In this document: positions 25,980-37,233 of the stretch, piece after piece
Layout: each line of letters opens with the position of its first letter
How positions within the stretch are numbered: the first letter of the stretch is position 1
Notes under the pieces: model-generated
The model's input: the letters and a program-made list of their open reading frames with translations, nothing else
Databases searched by the model: none
Told to the model about the DNA's origin: nothing
Translations under genes and position numbers: made by a program
Origin: Catajapyx aquilonaris
Taxonomy: Eukaryota
Assembly (NCBI GenBank): GCA_000934665.2
Contig: JYFJ02002821.1
Span: forward strand, 1-50,290
Direction of reading: 5' to 3'
DNA: 50,290 bases

Positions 25980-28145
25980 ATGACTGCCAGAGAAACACTC
26001 AGAATAGTCTTCCTAATTGGCCTCACTTCTATTGTGCATTCATCGGACATTTTAGTGGTTTGTGGTTTAACATCCAGAAGTGAAATGAGCGTCTTCTACC
26101 CTTACTCCGAGGCCTTGGCCGAACGAGGTCATCAGGTGACTCTCATCACTCCTTACACACCAAAGAAACCTCTCAGAGCTGGTGTGACTGTCATTGTACC
26201 AAAAGAATTAGCCGAGGAGGCTATTGGTGAAAATGCTGGCCCGGAGATGGTCGAAATGAAATTTACTCGTCCACTTGACGAATGGCTTATGCAAGATCTC
26301 ATGTTCGAATACGCCGAAAGTTTGGCTAACGCTCTCATGATAGAGGCCAAAGAGGTAAGATGCATTATTGTATCGAGGTCTATTATATTTTTAGAACTCA
26401 CTTTGTCCTCAAAAAAATCACATTATTTCTTACTTAATAAGATTACACTAACTTTTTCAGGTAAAGGTGTTAGTGAATTCGGGCAAAAAATTTGATTTGA
26501 TGATCATAAATGGTGCTCTAAATGACTTTGCTCTACCACTTGTGCACCTGTATAAGTGCCCTTTTATTTATGTGGACGGATCTGGTACGTACCCGTGGCA
26601 TCTCCCCAGCACTGGCTCACCACTATCGACGTCATATGCACCAAGTATCATCTCCGATTTTGGTGACACGATGAGTTTCTGGGAACGAGCCTCTAATACA
26701 TACCGAGTGCTCTCTTGGATATATTTAAAAGAAAAAGTCCTATATCCCAAACTGGAAAAAATGCTAAGACCCATTTATATCAAGAAGGACACGCCCCCAT
26801 TAATAGAGATTGACAAAAACGTCAGCCTAGTGCTGTCAGTTCGAGATCTTAGCCTTGAATATCCTCGGTCATACCCACCTAATGTCATTCACATTGGCTG
26901 TGTTCATTGTCGGGAGCCACAGCCAATGCCCAAGGTAATGTCTTCATTTATTTTACTCAGCATAGTATTTTTTTCGTGATATATCTGATAAGTTTCAATG
27001 GTTGTTATTGGTGAATGCATTATTTTGTAGGACTTGATGAATTATCTTGACGGGTCTGGAGAAGAGGGATTCGTTTACTTCAGTTTTGGGTCTGTCGTTA
27101 CAATGGATGTTAAAAAAGAGTTCATTAAGGAGACATTCTTTAAAGCAATCAGCCAATTGCCAAGAGTCAGATTTTTAGTCAAGTGGGAAACAGATGCCAC
27201 AAGGGAAGAAATTGGAGCTCCGCCAAATGTTAAATTGATGAAATGGTGTCCCCAGCAAGATGTGCTAGGTAGTCATATTATATTATATTATATTATATTA
27301 TATTATATTATATTATATTATATTATATTATTATAGTACCGGTATTATACGTAATATATTGATTATTATATACACGGTGTTTCTTTTACAAGTCGAGAAC
27401 CAGCTGCCAGTGGTGGCGGGATCTAAGACTATATACTGTATATAGTAAGAAACATCGCCTGTATAATAATACTGTACTTACATATTTTATATTAGCATTC
27501 TTGATTAATGGAAGTTTAAATTAGCTTTTACACACAAATCGCCAAAAACTAATAAATACTAATTATTTATGTTCCGCAGGCCATCCCAAAATAAAAGCTT
27601 TTATATCTCACAGTGGACTCTTGAGTACATTAGAAACAGTTTACCATGGAGTTCCCGTTTATGCATTTCCATTTTTCTTCGACCAAGAGTACAATGCTGG
27701 TATGGCAGAACAATATGGATATGGTATCAAGGGTGATTTAGTAACCATAACAGCTGAGAAGATTTTGGACGCACTCCATAGACTTCTTAAGGATCCCAGG
27801 TAGGCTACATAGTCACTTTTTTGAGAAAGTGTCCGGTTTATAATTTAGTAATTGGTTAATTTTAATTCCAGCTTTCATAAAAACGCCAAGCACCATTCCC
27901 GAATATTCCGCGACCATCCGCAGCCTCCTATGGAAACGGCCGTGTATTGGGCGGAATTCGTAATGAGACACAATGGTGCTCCTCACCTTCGGCCAGTCTC
28001 GAGATATCTTCCATTTTACAAGATATATCTTTTAGATATAGCCTTAGCAACTGGGATGATTTTTTCCCTCTCTTCGGCTCTATTATTCGTCATCTTGCGC
28101 CATGTTTTCCGTATGATGTTTGCATCCAAATCAAAGAGAGATTAG
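25980..28145 (+). CDS. UDP-glycosyltransferase UGT-6 (Glu/Asn-type, ~526 aa; alternative ATG at 25962)
   Basis: Exons 25980-26354, 26461-26934, 27031-27268, 27580-27799, 27872-28145 (1581 nt). GLTSRSE, WCPQQDVLGHPKIKAFISHSG..PFFFDQ, TM helix, KSKRD tail. Inr-like ATCAGTC at 25920. Confidence 0.95.
27276..27335. repeat. (TATTA)n pentanucleotide microsatellite in a UGT-6 intron
   Basis: Directly visible just after the donor at 27269. Confidence 0.95.
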
Positions 28146-28706
28146 ATAGGCCTATTCCAGCTGTAACCCACTTTAGTCCGTAAAAAGCTAAGATGACATA
28201 ACTGTTGACAAAATCAACATTCCAACTTGTGATATATCAAGACGGTTATTAATTCCTGCTAATGTATTCTGTCTCATTCTTTTACTGATCAGTTTTTTCC
28301 CATACTGGGTGTGAATAACGTACTCAGGCTTACGCGTATAAGTTCGATTATGCAATGTCATCGGATCCTCGGCAACGCAATCATCCAGTGACCCTGAACG
28401 CTTGTTAGTGTTAGACATGTCAAACTTCAGTTACAGAGAATACATAATTATGTATACACACAGTGATACAGCAATATGCAATAAATATACTGTATAGTAC
28501 GTATGCCGTGGTGACTGGGGCTATGGGCTTTATCCGCACTCACGTCAACGTTGTGCCTGTGGCATCCTGATAAATAGTGTGCTTTTACTTCCAGATGCTA
28601 ATATACGGACTTGCCGAGGCTCAGGTCACACTGTGAGTTGTCATATCGCCTTATTCGTAGAGTAATGAGACTTTGAAGGCAGGCGTTGCAGTGGTCGTCA
28701 ATCCTG

Positions 28707-28883
28707 ATGAACTTACAGTATAGGCAAGACGAAGAAGACGAAGCGGATGATATCGGGGATCAAAGTAGTTCTAGGCTCCATACGACGAATGGATCAAGCA
28801 ACCAAATATGCAGAAATCTTAACTTAAATGGGGCAGTGATGAGTAAGTCAAAAAAGGTTCTCGTTTCATTACTCATATTAATG
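28707..28883 (+). CDS. Possible upstream (coding or UTR) exon of the GMC gene
   Basis: Open frame MNLQYRQDEEDEADD...KKVLVSLLILM ends at a consensus donor ATG|GTAAGT; splicing to the acceptor TTCTAG|30678 is in frame with ATG 30699. Confidence 0.4.
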
Positions 28884-29363
28884 GTAAGTTTCTAGAAATT
28901 TCTATGTTTCAGATCAAAGAGCTCTTGGAATCTGAAGAGAGGGTGGTTTATTATTGGAACCATGAATAACTTCGCATTGCCCAGATGCATTCACAGTATC
29001 ATCCGGTTGTCGTTGTCGAGAGCATCCTCGCCTTTCTTCTGGTGAAATGTCTGAATATCTTTAATTCGCAAATTAAACTTTACCCTTCTGAAATGATGGA
29101 CAAAGCCATATGTCTCTTTTCAGCAGACTTCGATTTTTAAGATACCACCTGATAGGCCATTCGTTCCGCAATGTGATTTGGGAACTATTGGTGCATTTAT
29201 AAACCATTTTAAAAAACTTCAGACGCCTTGAAAATGAACCCTCTGACCATCGCAAGGTAGAGCCAATCATTTTCTATACCTTCTCCTCATCAAATGCCCC
29301 TTCAAATCATTCCTAATCCCGAGTTCTTGGCATGTCCTTCTAAATTCAAAAACTGCAAGTACT

Positions 29364-29520
29364 GTACTGTACCATCAGTCCAAAAAGAACTTTCCCAGTC
29401 ATCCTGATGTGTGTGCTGCCCGCTCGACACACACCATGTAACTTACATGGTGTGTGTCAAGCGGCCTGCCCACACGTCAGGATGACTGGGAAAGTTCTTT
29501 TTGCACTGTTGATACCAGTA
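29364..29520. repeat. Foldback hairpin element (~70-bp arms)
   Basis: AAAAAGAACTTTCCCAGTCATCCTGA...GACACACACCATGTAA C TTACATGGTGTGTGTC...TCAGGATGACTGGGAAAGTTCTTTTT. Confidence 0.85.
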
Positions 29521-30550
29521 CATGGACAGCTTCCTATTTTCCTTCCCCTCTACACAGAGTAACAATTTTACAGTTGAAAAAGACGGCAGAATTGCAATAA
29601 TGATTTACTGAATATCATCGGGATTGACCTCACGAACATACAGTATCTGCAAGCAATATATTATTTTTATAATCGAATGCGCAAAATCAAACTTTAAGAC
29701 TGCGGTATGTTATCACTTACGAGTATATGTCACCCCGATGTCATTCACCGACCGTGTCCTATCCCCTTTTAGCAATACAAAAATATAATATTTTCGTTCT
29801 CTCACACGAAAGGTCTCGTACAGTAACCTACAGAAATATCCCCAGTTGCATTCCAGAGAGGATTACATAGTCGGGAAGGAGAGGCCTCATTATCGGAAGG
29901 ACCTCTTGTTGCTATACTGCACCAGAAGCGCACTACCATTTAACTTTTTATCTTTTATGGCATTTGAAACAGGTATGTGAAATAAGATATACAGTATAAC
30001 ATTCTTATAGGAGACAGTCAGTGGACAATTGCCTAATGCCAAAGAATTTCGCGGTATGGGCGGGAGAATAAGATGTTCCTTGTGTTGCAATTATTTTGAT
30101 GATGGACATGTGAACCATCATTTTTAAGCGTTAAGCAGCAACATTAATCTAGGCCTGTAATCCTTACTACATGGAAAGAGTAGCTTGACGTATGGTAGTG
30201 TACGTCGATAATTATTGTGATATGTCTGGAACAAATTATTGCATATGTAAAAAAAAGTTTTTGACACATTGAAAATCATATATGCGGCGAAAAATGCACA
30301 TCAGTACACCCTTCAAAAGGTTTCTGGATTATTTTATCCACTTGTTACTTGCTCTTATGCCCGAGGCGGGTCAGATATTGGTCACACTTATCGGCTGTCC
30401 TCCTACTTAATTTGGTCATGCCAAATTTAAAATCATTGGAAAAACAACAACAGTATATGACTTATCATTAATTTAACATTAAGTAACATTCTCACAAGCA
30501 CGTTGGCACACACAGTTCCCAGAAAATCTAGTTTACGTCCCACAAGTCAA

Positions 30551-30563
30551 GGGTCAGTGCACT
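30551..30563 (+). promoter_or_regulatory. Candidate ecdysone response element (IR-1)
   Basis: GGGTCAGTGCACT resembles the hsp27-type EcRE (GGTTCAATGCACT); ~135 bp upstream of the GMC ATG. Confidence 0.3.
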
Positions 30564-30698
30564 AAAAGCAGAATTGACAGGTGACATTCCAGAGTTAAAA
30601 GCAGGTTTTCCCTCCAACTGGTGGGTTTTCCTCCACCTTCCAAAAATCAGAATTCCACTACAGTTCTCTGCTTCTAGTTTCCAGAAGTGCCAGCGAAA

Positions 30699-33607
30699 AT
30701 GAGGCTTCCGGATCTCCTGGTGTCCACATTGCTGTCGTTCTTTTCCTCCTTCGTAGTCTCATACTTGTACGTGGTGCTGGACAAACCTTCCCTGGATCGC
30801 ACAAGCAACTTGCTTCCGGAGTACGACTTTATCGTGGGTAATAAATCTCAAATATACCATTTGGCTAGCAAAATCTTTGTCTTGTGAAATGTCCCCAAAC
30901 TGAAGTTCCAAGTTCCAACTTATCATTACTTCACCTTCACAGAATAATGTGGAATGAGGTTTCATTGTTTCGGAACTTTTTAACGTTACATTTTTATATA
31001 GCTCATTAGCCCATTAATAACATTTAACCTTTAACAAGACATACTTATAACAGTGTAATTCTCCCCAACTACTGTTGCTCGTTCAGTTGGTGCTGGTTCG
31101 GCAGGTGCAGTGGTTGCCACACGCTTATCGGAGGATCCATCCGCTACAGTGTTGCTGGTGGAAGATGGAGGAGATGACCCTGCAGAAGTGGCTGTTCCTT
31201 GGTTTCACATCTTTCTGTCTGGATCCGACCTGGATTGGCAACATGTGACTGAGCCTCAACGGGATGCCCTTTTGGCATATGAAGATCAGGTTCGTAAACA
31301 CTTTTACCATAAGTTGACTTTTTAAAAAATAATAACCCTGACTGGAATTAAATAAGGAATAATAAAGAGTACAAAATGAAAAGGCCACTTCCACATGTTG
31401 CAGGCCTATTAAAGTTCACATTTTATTACATGTAAAAATACAATTTTAGGGAAAAAATACCGGTGACTTCTTGTTCATGAAGCTTTTCTTTTCCATTGCC
31501 TCTAGTGTAATATTACAACAACCACATTGGTCAGAGAAGGTCTAATAAATTATGAGTCACAGCTTTTTTTATTGTCTCTCAGATAATTTTCCTATGCATT
31601 TGATTTTAGAGAAGTAGATGGCCTCAAGGAAGAGTGGTTGGAGGAACCAGTGCCATTAATTCCATGTTGTACATCAGAGGAAATAAATGCGATTTTGATT
31701 CTTGGGAGCAAGCAGGAAATCCTGGATGGTCATATGAAGAGCTTCTTCCACTTTTTAAAAAAGCAGAGATGCAGACCAACACATCTTTGGCTGCTGACAG
31801 TGAGCACCATGGTCATGACGGTCCCCTGACAGTGTCTGACAGAAGCTACTACTCACCTATTACCTATATTTTTATGGAAATATCCAAGAAACTGGGATAT
31901 CAAATTGGGGATCCCAATGCTGATATTCAAACAGGTTGACCGAATCCTATCAGTTTATGTATATGTGTGATTTATAATTACAGCCATCATTTCAGGCTTC
32001 TCCCGATACCAGGTGACTATCAAGGATGGACAAAGATGCTCCACTGGACGGTGTTATCTCCATCCAGTGTCAAGTCGATTGAACTTGCACGTGTCACTTA
32101 AAAGTCGAGTCCTCAAAGTTTTGGTCAAAAATGACACAGCAATAGGGGTCCTAATGATTAAAGGGGGCAAGGAAATTGAGATTAGTGCCCGTAAAGAAGT
32201 CATCTTGTCAGGTGGAACACTAGGTTCAGCCAAAATCCTTCTTCTCTCTGGCATAGGACCTGAGGACCATCTTCATGATATTGGGGTATATAGTCATTTA
32301 CTCTTGCATGTAGGAGTAACAATTTATGAGTATTTATATTACAGATTCCAATAGTGAAGAACCTTCCTGTAGGACTCAACCTGCAAGATCATGTGGCAGC
32401 ATATGGTCTTTCCTGGCTTGCAAATTCAGAATTGGTGTACAACCCTTTTATGCAGTCCACTGCAAACAGCATTCTAGAATATGCCAAGGGAAAGACAGGT
32501 GTCCTAGCAGCACCACATGGACTGGAGGCAACAGGTTTTTTGAATTCTGGAAAACACAATGACAGTTGCTTCAGTAGACATCCATGGCCTGACATTCAGT
32601 TGTCCTTCCTTTCACTAACCCTGGCAGTAGATGGAGGAGCAGTGTACAGGAGGTTCCTTGGTTTCAATGCTGCCGTATGTATTTAATGTAACTGTTAATA
32701 AATAATTTCAGTAACCCCATGAATCAACTTAGGTTTTTTTTAATTTTAGATATGGGATTCATACTTCAGTCCCATCCAATTCAAGAATGGTTTCTCAATA
32801 ATTCCTATTCTGTTACGTCCTAATTCAAGAGGTTATGTACAGTTGCGATCATTTGACCCTTTTGACACTTTAATAATACAACCTAACTACCTTGAAGAGA
32901 GAAGTGATGTCGAGACGCTCATTGAAGGTCAGATCATCCATGAACCTGTCACTTTTATTAGTGAAACCACATGCTACTACTATTATTAAAGGGTTAAATC
33001 TCACTTTCTTGCACTAAGGGCCAGTTGCATAAATGAGGTAATAGATGAAGAACAAGTGGTTGATCGGATAGATCCCAATCTCCCAACTGTTAAAAATGAT
33101 GACTGCAATATTGCATATAAATGGCTGTTACATTTGTTTAAACGAATTTCATATTTGACTTCTACATTTCAGGCATAAAATTGGCATTACAGATGGGAAA
33201 TGATGACCTTTTAAAAAAAGGAGGAGCAATGTTTCATGACTTACCTCTGGCAACATGCTCTCAGTATGAGGTGTTTTCTGACTCATACTGGGAATGTTAC
33301 ATTCGACACATGGCCCAGACTGACCATCACCCAGCAGGAACTTGCAAAATGGGACCAAGTACAGATGCAACAGCAGTGGTAGACAATGCTCTCAGGTACA
33401 TATTACTTGTAAATATAGTTTTCCATAAGCCAAATCATTACGGTACTAATCATTGCACACATTTTCAGAGTGCATGGAATCAGAAGCCTGCGAGTGGCTG
33501 ATGCATCGATCATGCCAAATCTGGTTTCAGGAAACCCAAACGCTGCAGTAATTATGATAGGGGAAAAGGCATCCCAACTCATCAAGAACTATTGGTCAAT
33601 GAAATAA
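30699..33607 (+). CDS. GMC oxidoreductase (glucose dehydrogenase [FAD]-like, ~608 aa)
   Basis: Exons 30699-30837, 31087-31289, 31610-31934, 31996-32285, 32345-32674, 32750-32927, 33173-33395, 33469-33607 (1827 nt). Motifs [58 protein letters not shown] and [15 protein letters not shown] (catalytic His/Asn intact); N-terminal hydrophobic segment. Confidence 0.95.
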
Positions 33608-33662
33608 AATGTAGGTCATTGAAAAATATATGATCTACTCTTTATCATTAATTCACCCATTA

Positions 33663-33955
33663 TTTTATTTATTTATTTATTTATATTAACCCTGTTGGGA
33701 GAATCGGCGCTCCATTAGGGGGGTGGAATACCACCATTTTACCATTCAATTTTTCTGAACTTTCTCTTCACACATGGGTGGGGCCAAGGATAGGGAAGGA
33801 AGGAAGCGTCTGTGACCTATTATACGGAAGCGACCCAGGAATAATCCTGGGGGGACCGTGGAAAACCACGTTCAGGGTCACCCGCCCCAGGATTCGAACC
33901 CAGGACCTCCCGATTAGCAGTCGGACTCCTTAACCACTACACCAACCTGCTTCGG
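33663..33955 (-). mobile_element. tRNA-derived SINE (family S1) 55 bp downstream of the GMC stop
   Basis: Reverse complement of the S1 head, B box GGTTCGAATCC, (TAAA)n tail, perfect 15-bp TSD TTAATTCACCCATTA at 33648-33662 and 33956-33970. Confidence 0.9.
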
Positions 33956-34384
33956 TTAATTCACCCATTACAACTAGTACATTTGGTCGTCATCACCTAA
34001 TGCTTGGATCTATACTGTCTATCCATCATTTTTATGTGGGTGCTTGGTGTGGAAACTTGTGCATAGAAGAAATATACCACCACATAGATCTACATATGCT
34101 TACTGCCACAACCTCAACCTCAAGCCCATACATGCTACCTTATGCTCCTTCCCTTCCATTCCCTCAATGCAAGAATCAACTTGCCAGCACCAAGTTAGAG
34201 TGACATGGAGAATACTTTCAACCCATAAATGCATCCTGGAAAGATAGTAGCCTACCATATAATCCACCGGTCACAATATTCCTTTATCATGCACTGAACA
34301 TGTCTTAATATTTATGACATTATTGGATAGAAACCCCCTTTTGGAAATGTAACTTAGCTATAGTATACTGAAAAAACAAAATAA

Positions 34385-34510
34385 CCTCCTGAGACCCCTG
34401 GTACAGTATACTGTACCTTTGTTTTTTCCAGCACCTTCTGACTAACTCAAACGCGTAAAAAAAACAAAAATAACAAAGGTGATTGAAAGGTGTACTAGGG
34501 GTCTCAGGAG
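34385..34510. mobile_element. Short MITE (piggyBac-like, decayed)
   Basis: CCTCCTGAGACCCCT pairs with AGGGGTCTCAGGAGG; ATAA on both flanks (TTAA-like). Confidence 0.55.
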
Positions 34511-37233
34511 GATAAGACTACATGGGGAATTACGTAAAAACTCAAGGTACGGTATCATACTTACACTTATTTACCATGACCCTGACATCGCAAAATGTAC
34601 TGCATCTATAATGCTGCTACTAAGAAATGTGAACTACAACATAGTAGGGTCTGTTCAAGGTGACCCGAGAAGAAAGCTCACACTAGGATATCTGTCTCTG
34701 GAGGAAAAAAGAATACATCATAGACACTTTTAAAAGGTATTAATACACCCTGTTGAAGTATCCAGGAATTAATTTATTCTCTACCTTGATATGCAGGATG
34801 GTAAATTATTGCACATGTCCCCAGTCCAATGATGGAGGTGGAGGAAGAAAAAAAAATCCCTAGCAACCTGTTGGAAGCAATGATCAGAGTAAAATTCCAC
34901 TTGCAGCGATTGTTGCGTCTTTTTAAATTGGCTGCTGGAGTCAACAATCAATAACATTTCTCCAATCGCACTTGGAATGTGGATTTGACAGTGTCCCACC
35001 CGGTCGATCTGTCCGGACTGAGCTGATAACTGTCCCATGAAATTATTACTGTAGAATATCAATTTCCATTTGATTTAGGTCATATAAAGTTTGTTAGCTC
35101 TAGCTCCTTATTCAAAATTACTTTTCTCAAAGACATGCTTTGCTTACAAGTTATGAGAATTGTCCTATTAGTCTCACATATATCACCGGGCCCCACATTG
35201 GCACAGGTAAAACATCACCATCATCAGCGCAACATTCCCTATGAGAGGAGTAGTCAGCAATGAAGGAGATGCATGTTAACGAGCTTAAGATGACACATTC
35301 CATTATGGTAAAACAGATATCAGTAATTTTGGGGTACAAGGTCAGTCTTCAGGCAAATAATTTCTGTGCGAGGAGTCAAATGTATTCTTGCTCCTCCCAC
35401 ACAAAAAATCAGCATCACTGAAGTGACAAAAAGTCAATTGGATTGAAAATGATCCATTCACAAAGACTTAGTAAGAACCAGCAATTTTAAAAATTATCAA
35501 TATGTAACAACGAATCTAGGCTCTACGCTGGAAGAAGTCCTACGAAATGCAAATGTTCAAGTATGATCAACTTTAATATTTCAAGTGATAAACCACAATT
35601 ACAGCACATCTTACAAATAGTAACACTTATTTACAAATATTGGAAATAAGTACACAACTGGTACTTGAGTGCACTCTCTTATATTGGAAAAATTGTGTTA
35701 ATTAAAGCACAAACAAAGCACGGCAACCTAATATCCAAGTGCATTCAAAATAATTGCAAAATAGTAGACATTGAGGATTTACATGGAATCCTTTTTTGCA
35801 ATAACTTTGTTTCACATAGGCATTTGACAGGCCTATTATGCTGCAAAAGTTGAGATAACGAAACATTGATCAAAGCAATGACACTTGAAAGCCATAGTTA
35901 CTTATATTACTTCAATATGCACAATGTGGATGTAGAAGTGCAGTATTTGCCCATTACTTAACAGTGTTAAGGCCCATTCATACAAATACTTTTTGCCAAG
36001 ATTTACAGTCTCATATTAACAATTAAATTCCAATTAAAAAGGAGTTCTTAAAACTTTGTAGGAAAAATAAATAGGCTGTGTGAGTGGACCTTTAGGACTT
36101 GAACCTTCCATTGTTTCAATGAAAGCTAAATCACTAGGAACCATGGCATGGGTTAAATCGACTTGTGCTTAACAATTTCCACAATATTCCCGAGTACACT
36201 ACTTCAGTTAACTTCAGTTGCTGCCATATTCATAGTCTTTGTAACAAATATTATCACAGCTCTAGAAATTGAAGGGTGTGCAAGCCTAAATATTTTTCTC
36301 AGCTTTAATGTTATCATGATGCACTGTAATTCACAGCTTTGAGAGAGTGGATGATTTGAGAGTGCAGTGTGTGAATTATTATCATCATCATCATCATCTT
36401 TCAGTTAAACCAAAATATTGTGTACAAAGCTAGTAAATGATCTTTTGGCACATACTGAAATAAGAGGGGCAGAACACCATTATCATCCCTCTTCTCCCCA
36501 CCTCTATGGTGAGAGGCCATACAGCATGTCCTACATTAGGTTGCTGCTGGCCAGAACTCCCGCTGAGTCCCCATTTATATAGAAATGCACTGACTCAATA
36601 AGGCTTCATTGTACACATCATACCATTGGAAAGAAGGAAATTTTTGTGCGGCATGTACAGACTGAAATCCAGTCATTTCAGCATAACGCATACTAAAAAA
36701 TGGTGAAACAGCCTATAATTTGCTTCTCACAAGTAAGACAAAAAATTCCTTTCATGGTTTGCAAAATATTATGCACAAGATCACATATCACAACTAAGTT
36801 AACTTTGGTTTCATGAAATAGCCCAGGGTAACTCACTTGTAAGCATTTTATATCTCATTTCTCTCTCAGGCATTAAAAATATATAATTATATGCCACGAG
36901 GGTCTTTTGCTGGTATTGTGCTCTCACACTTCGATTTCAGTTTTGCTGAAAATAGGTCATTTTTACTGGCTCACCCTTCAATTTTGTTTTGCCCACGAAT
37001 TAAGGCCCACGAAGCATGTTATGGTAGTTAGTGAGGAAGACACTTTGATATCACTTTAATCATTGCAGCACTCCTGCCACCGATGTTATCCAATTGCACT
37101 CTGGTATTATGTTTTTAACACTACAATGTCCAGAAAATGTACTACAATGACTAGGATATGAACTAGTTGAGATTCAAAACATGATAACTTTCCTGGCCCA
37201 CTAATACTTTTTTCCCTTCCAAACATGAGGTTT

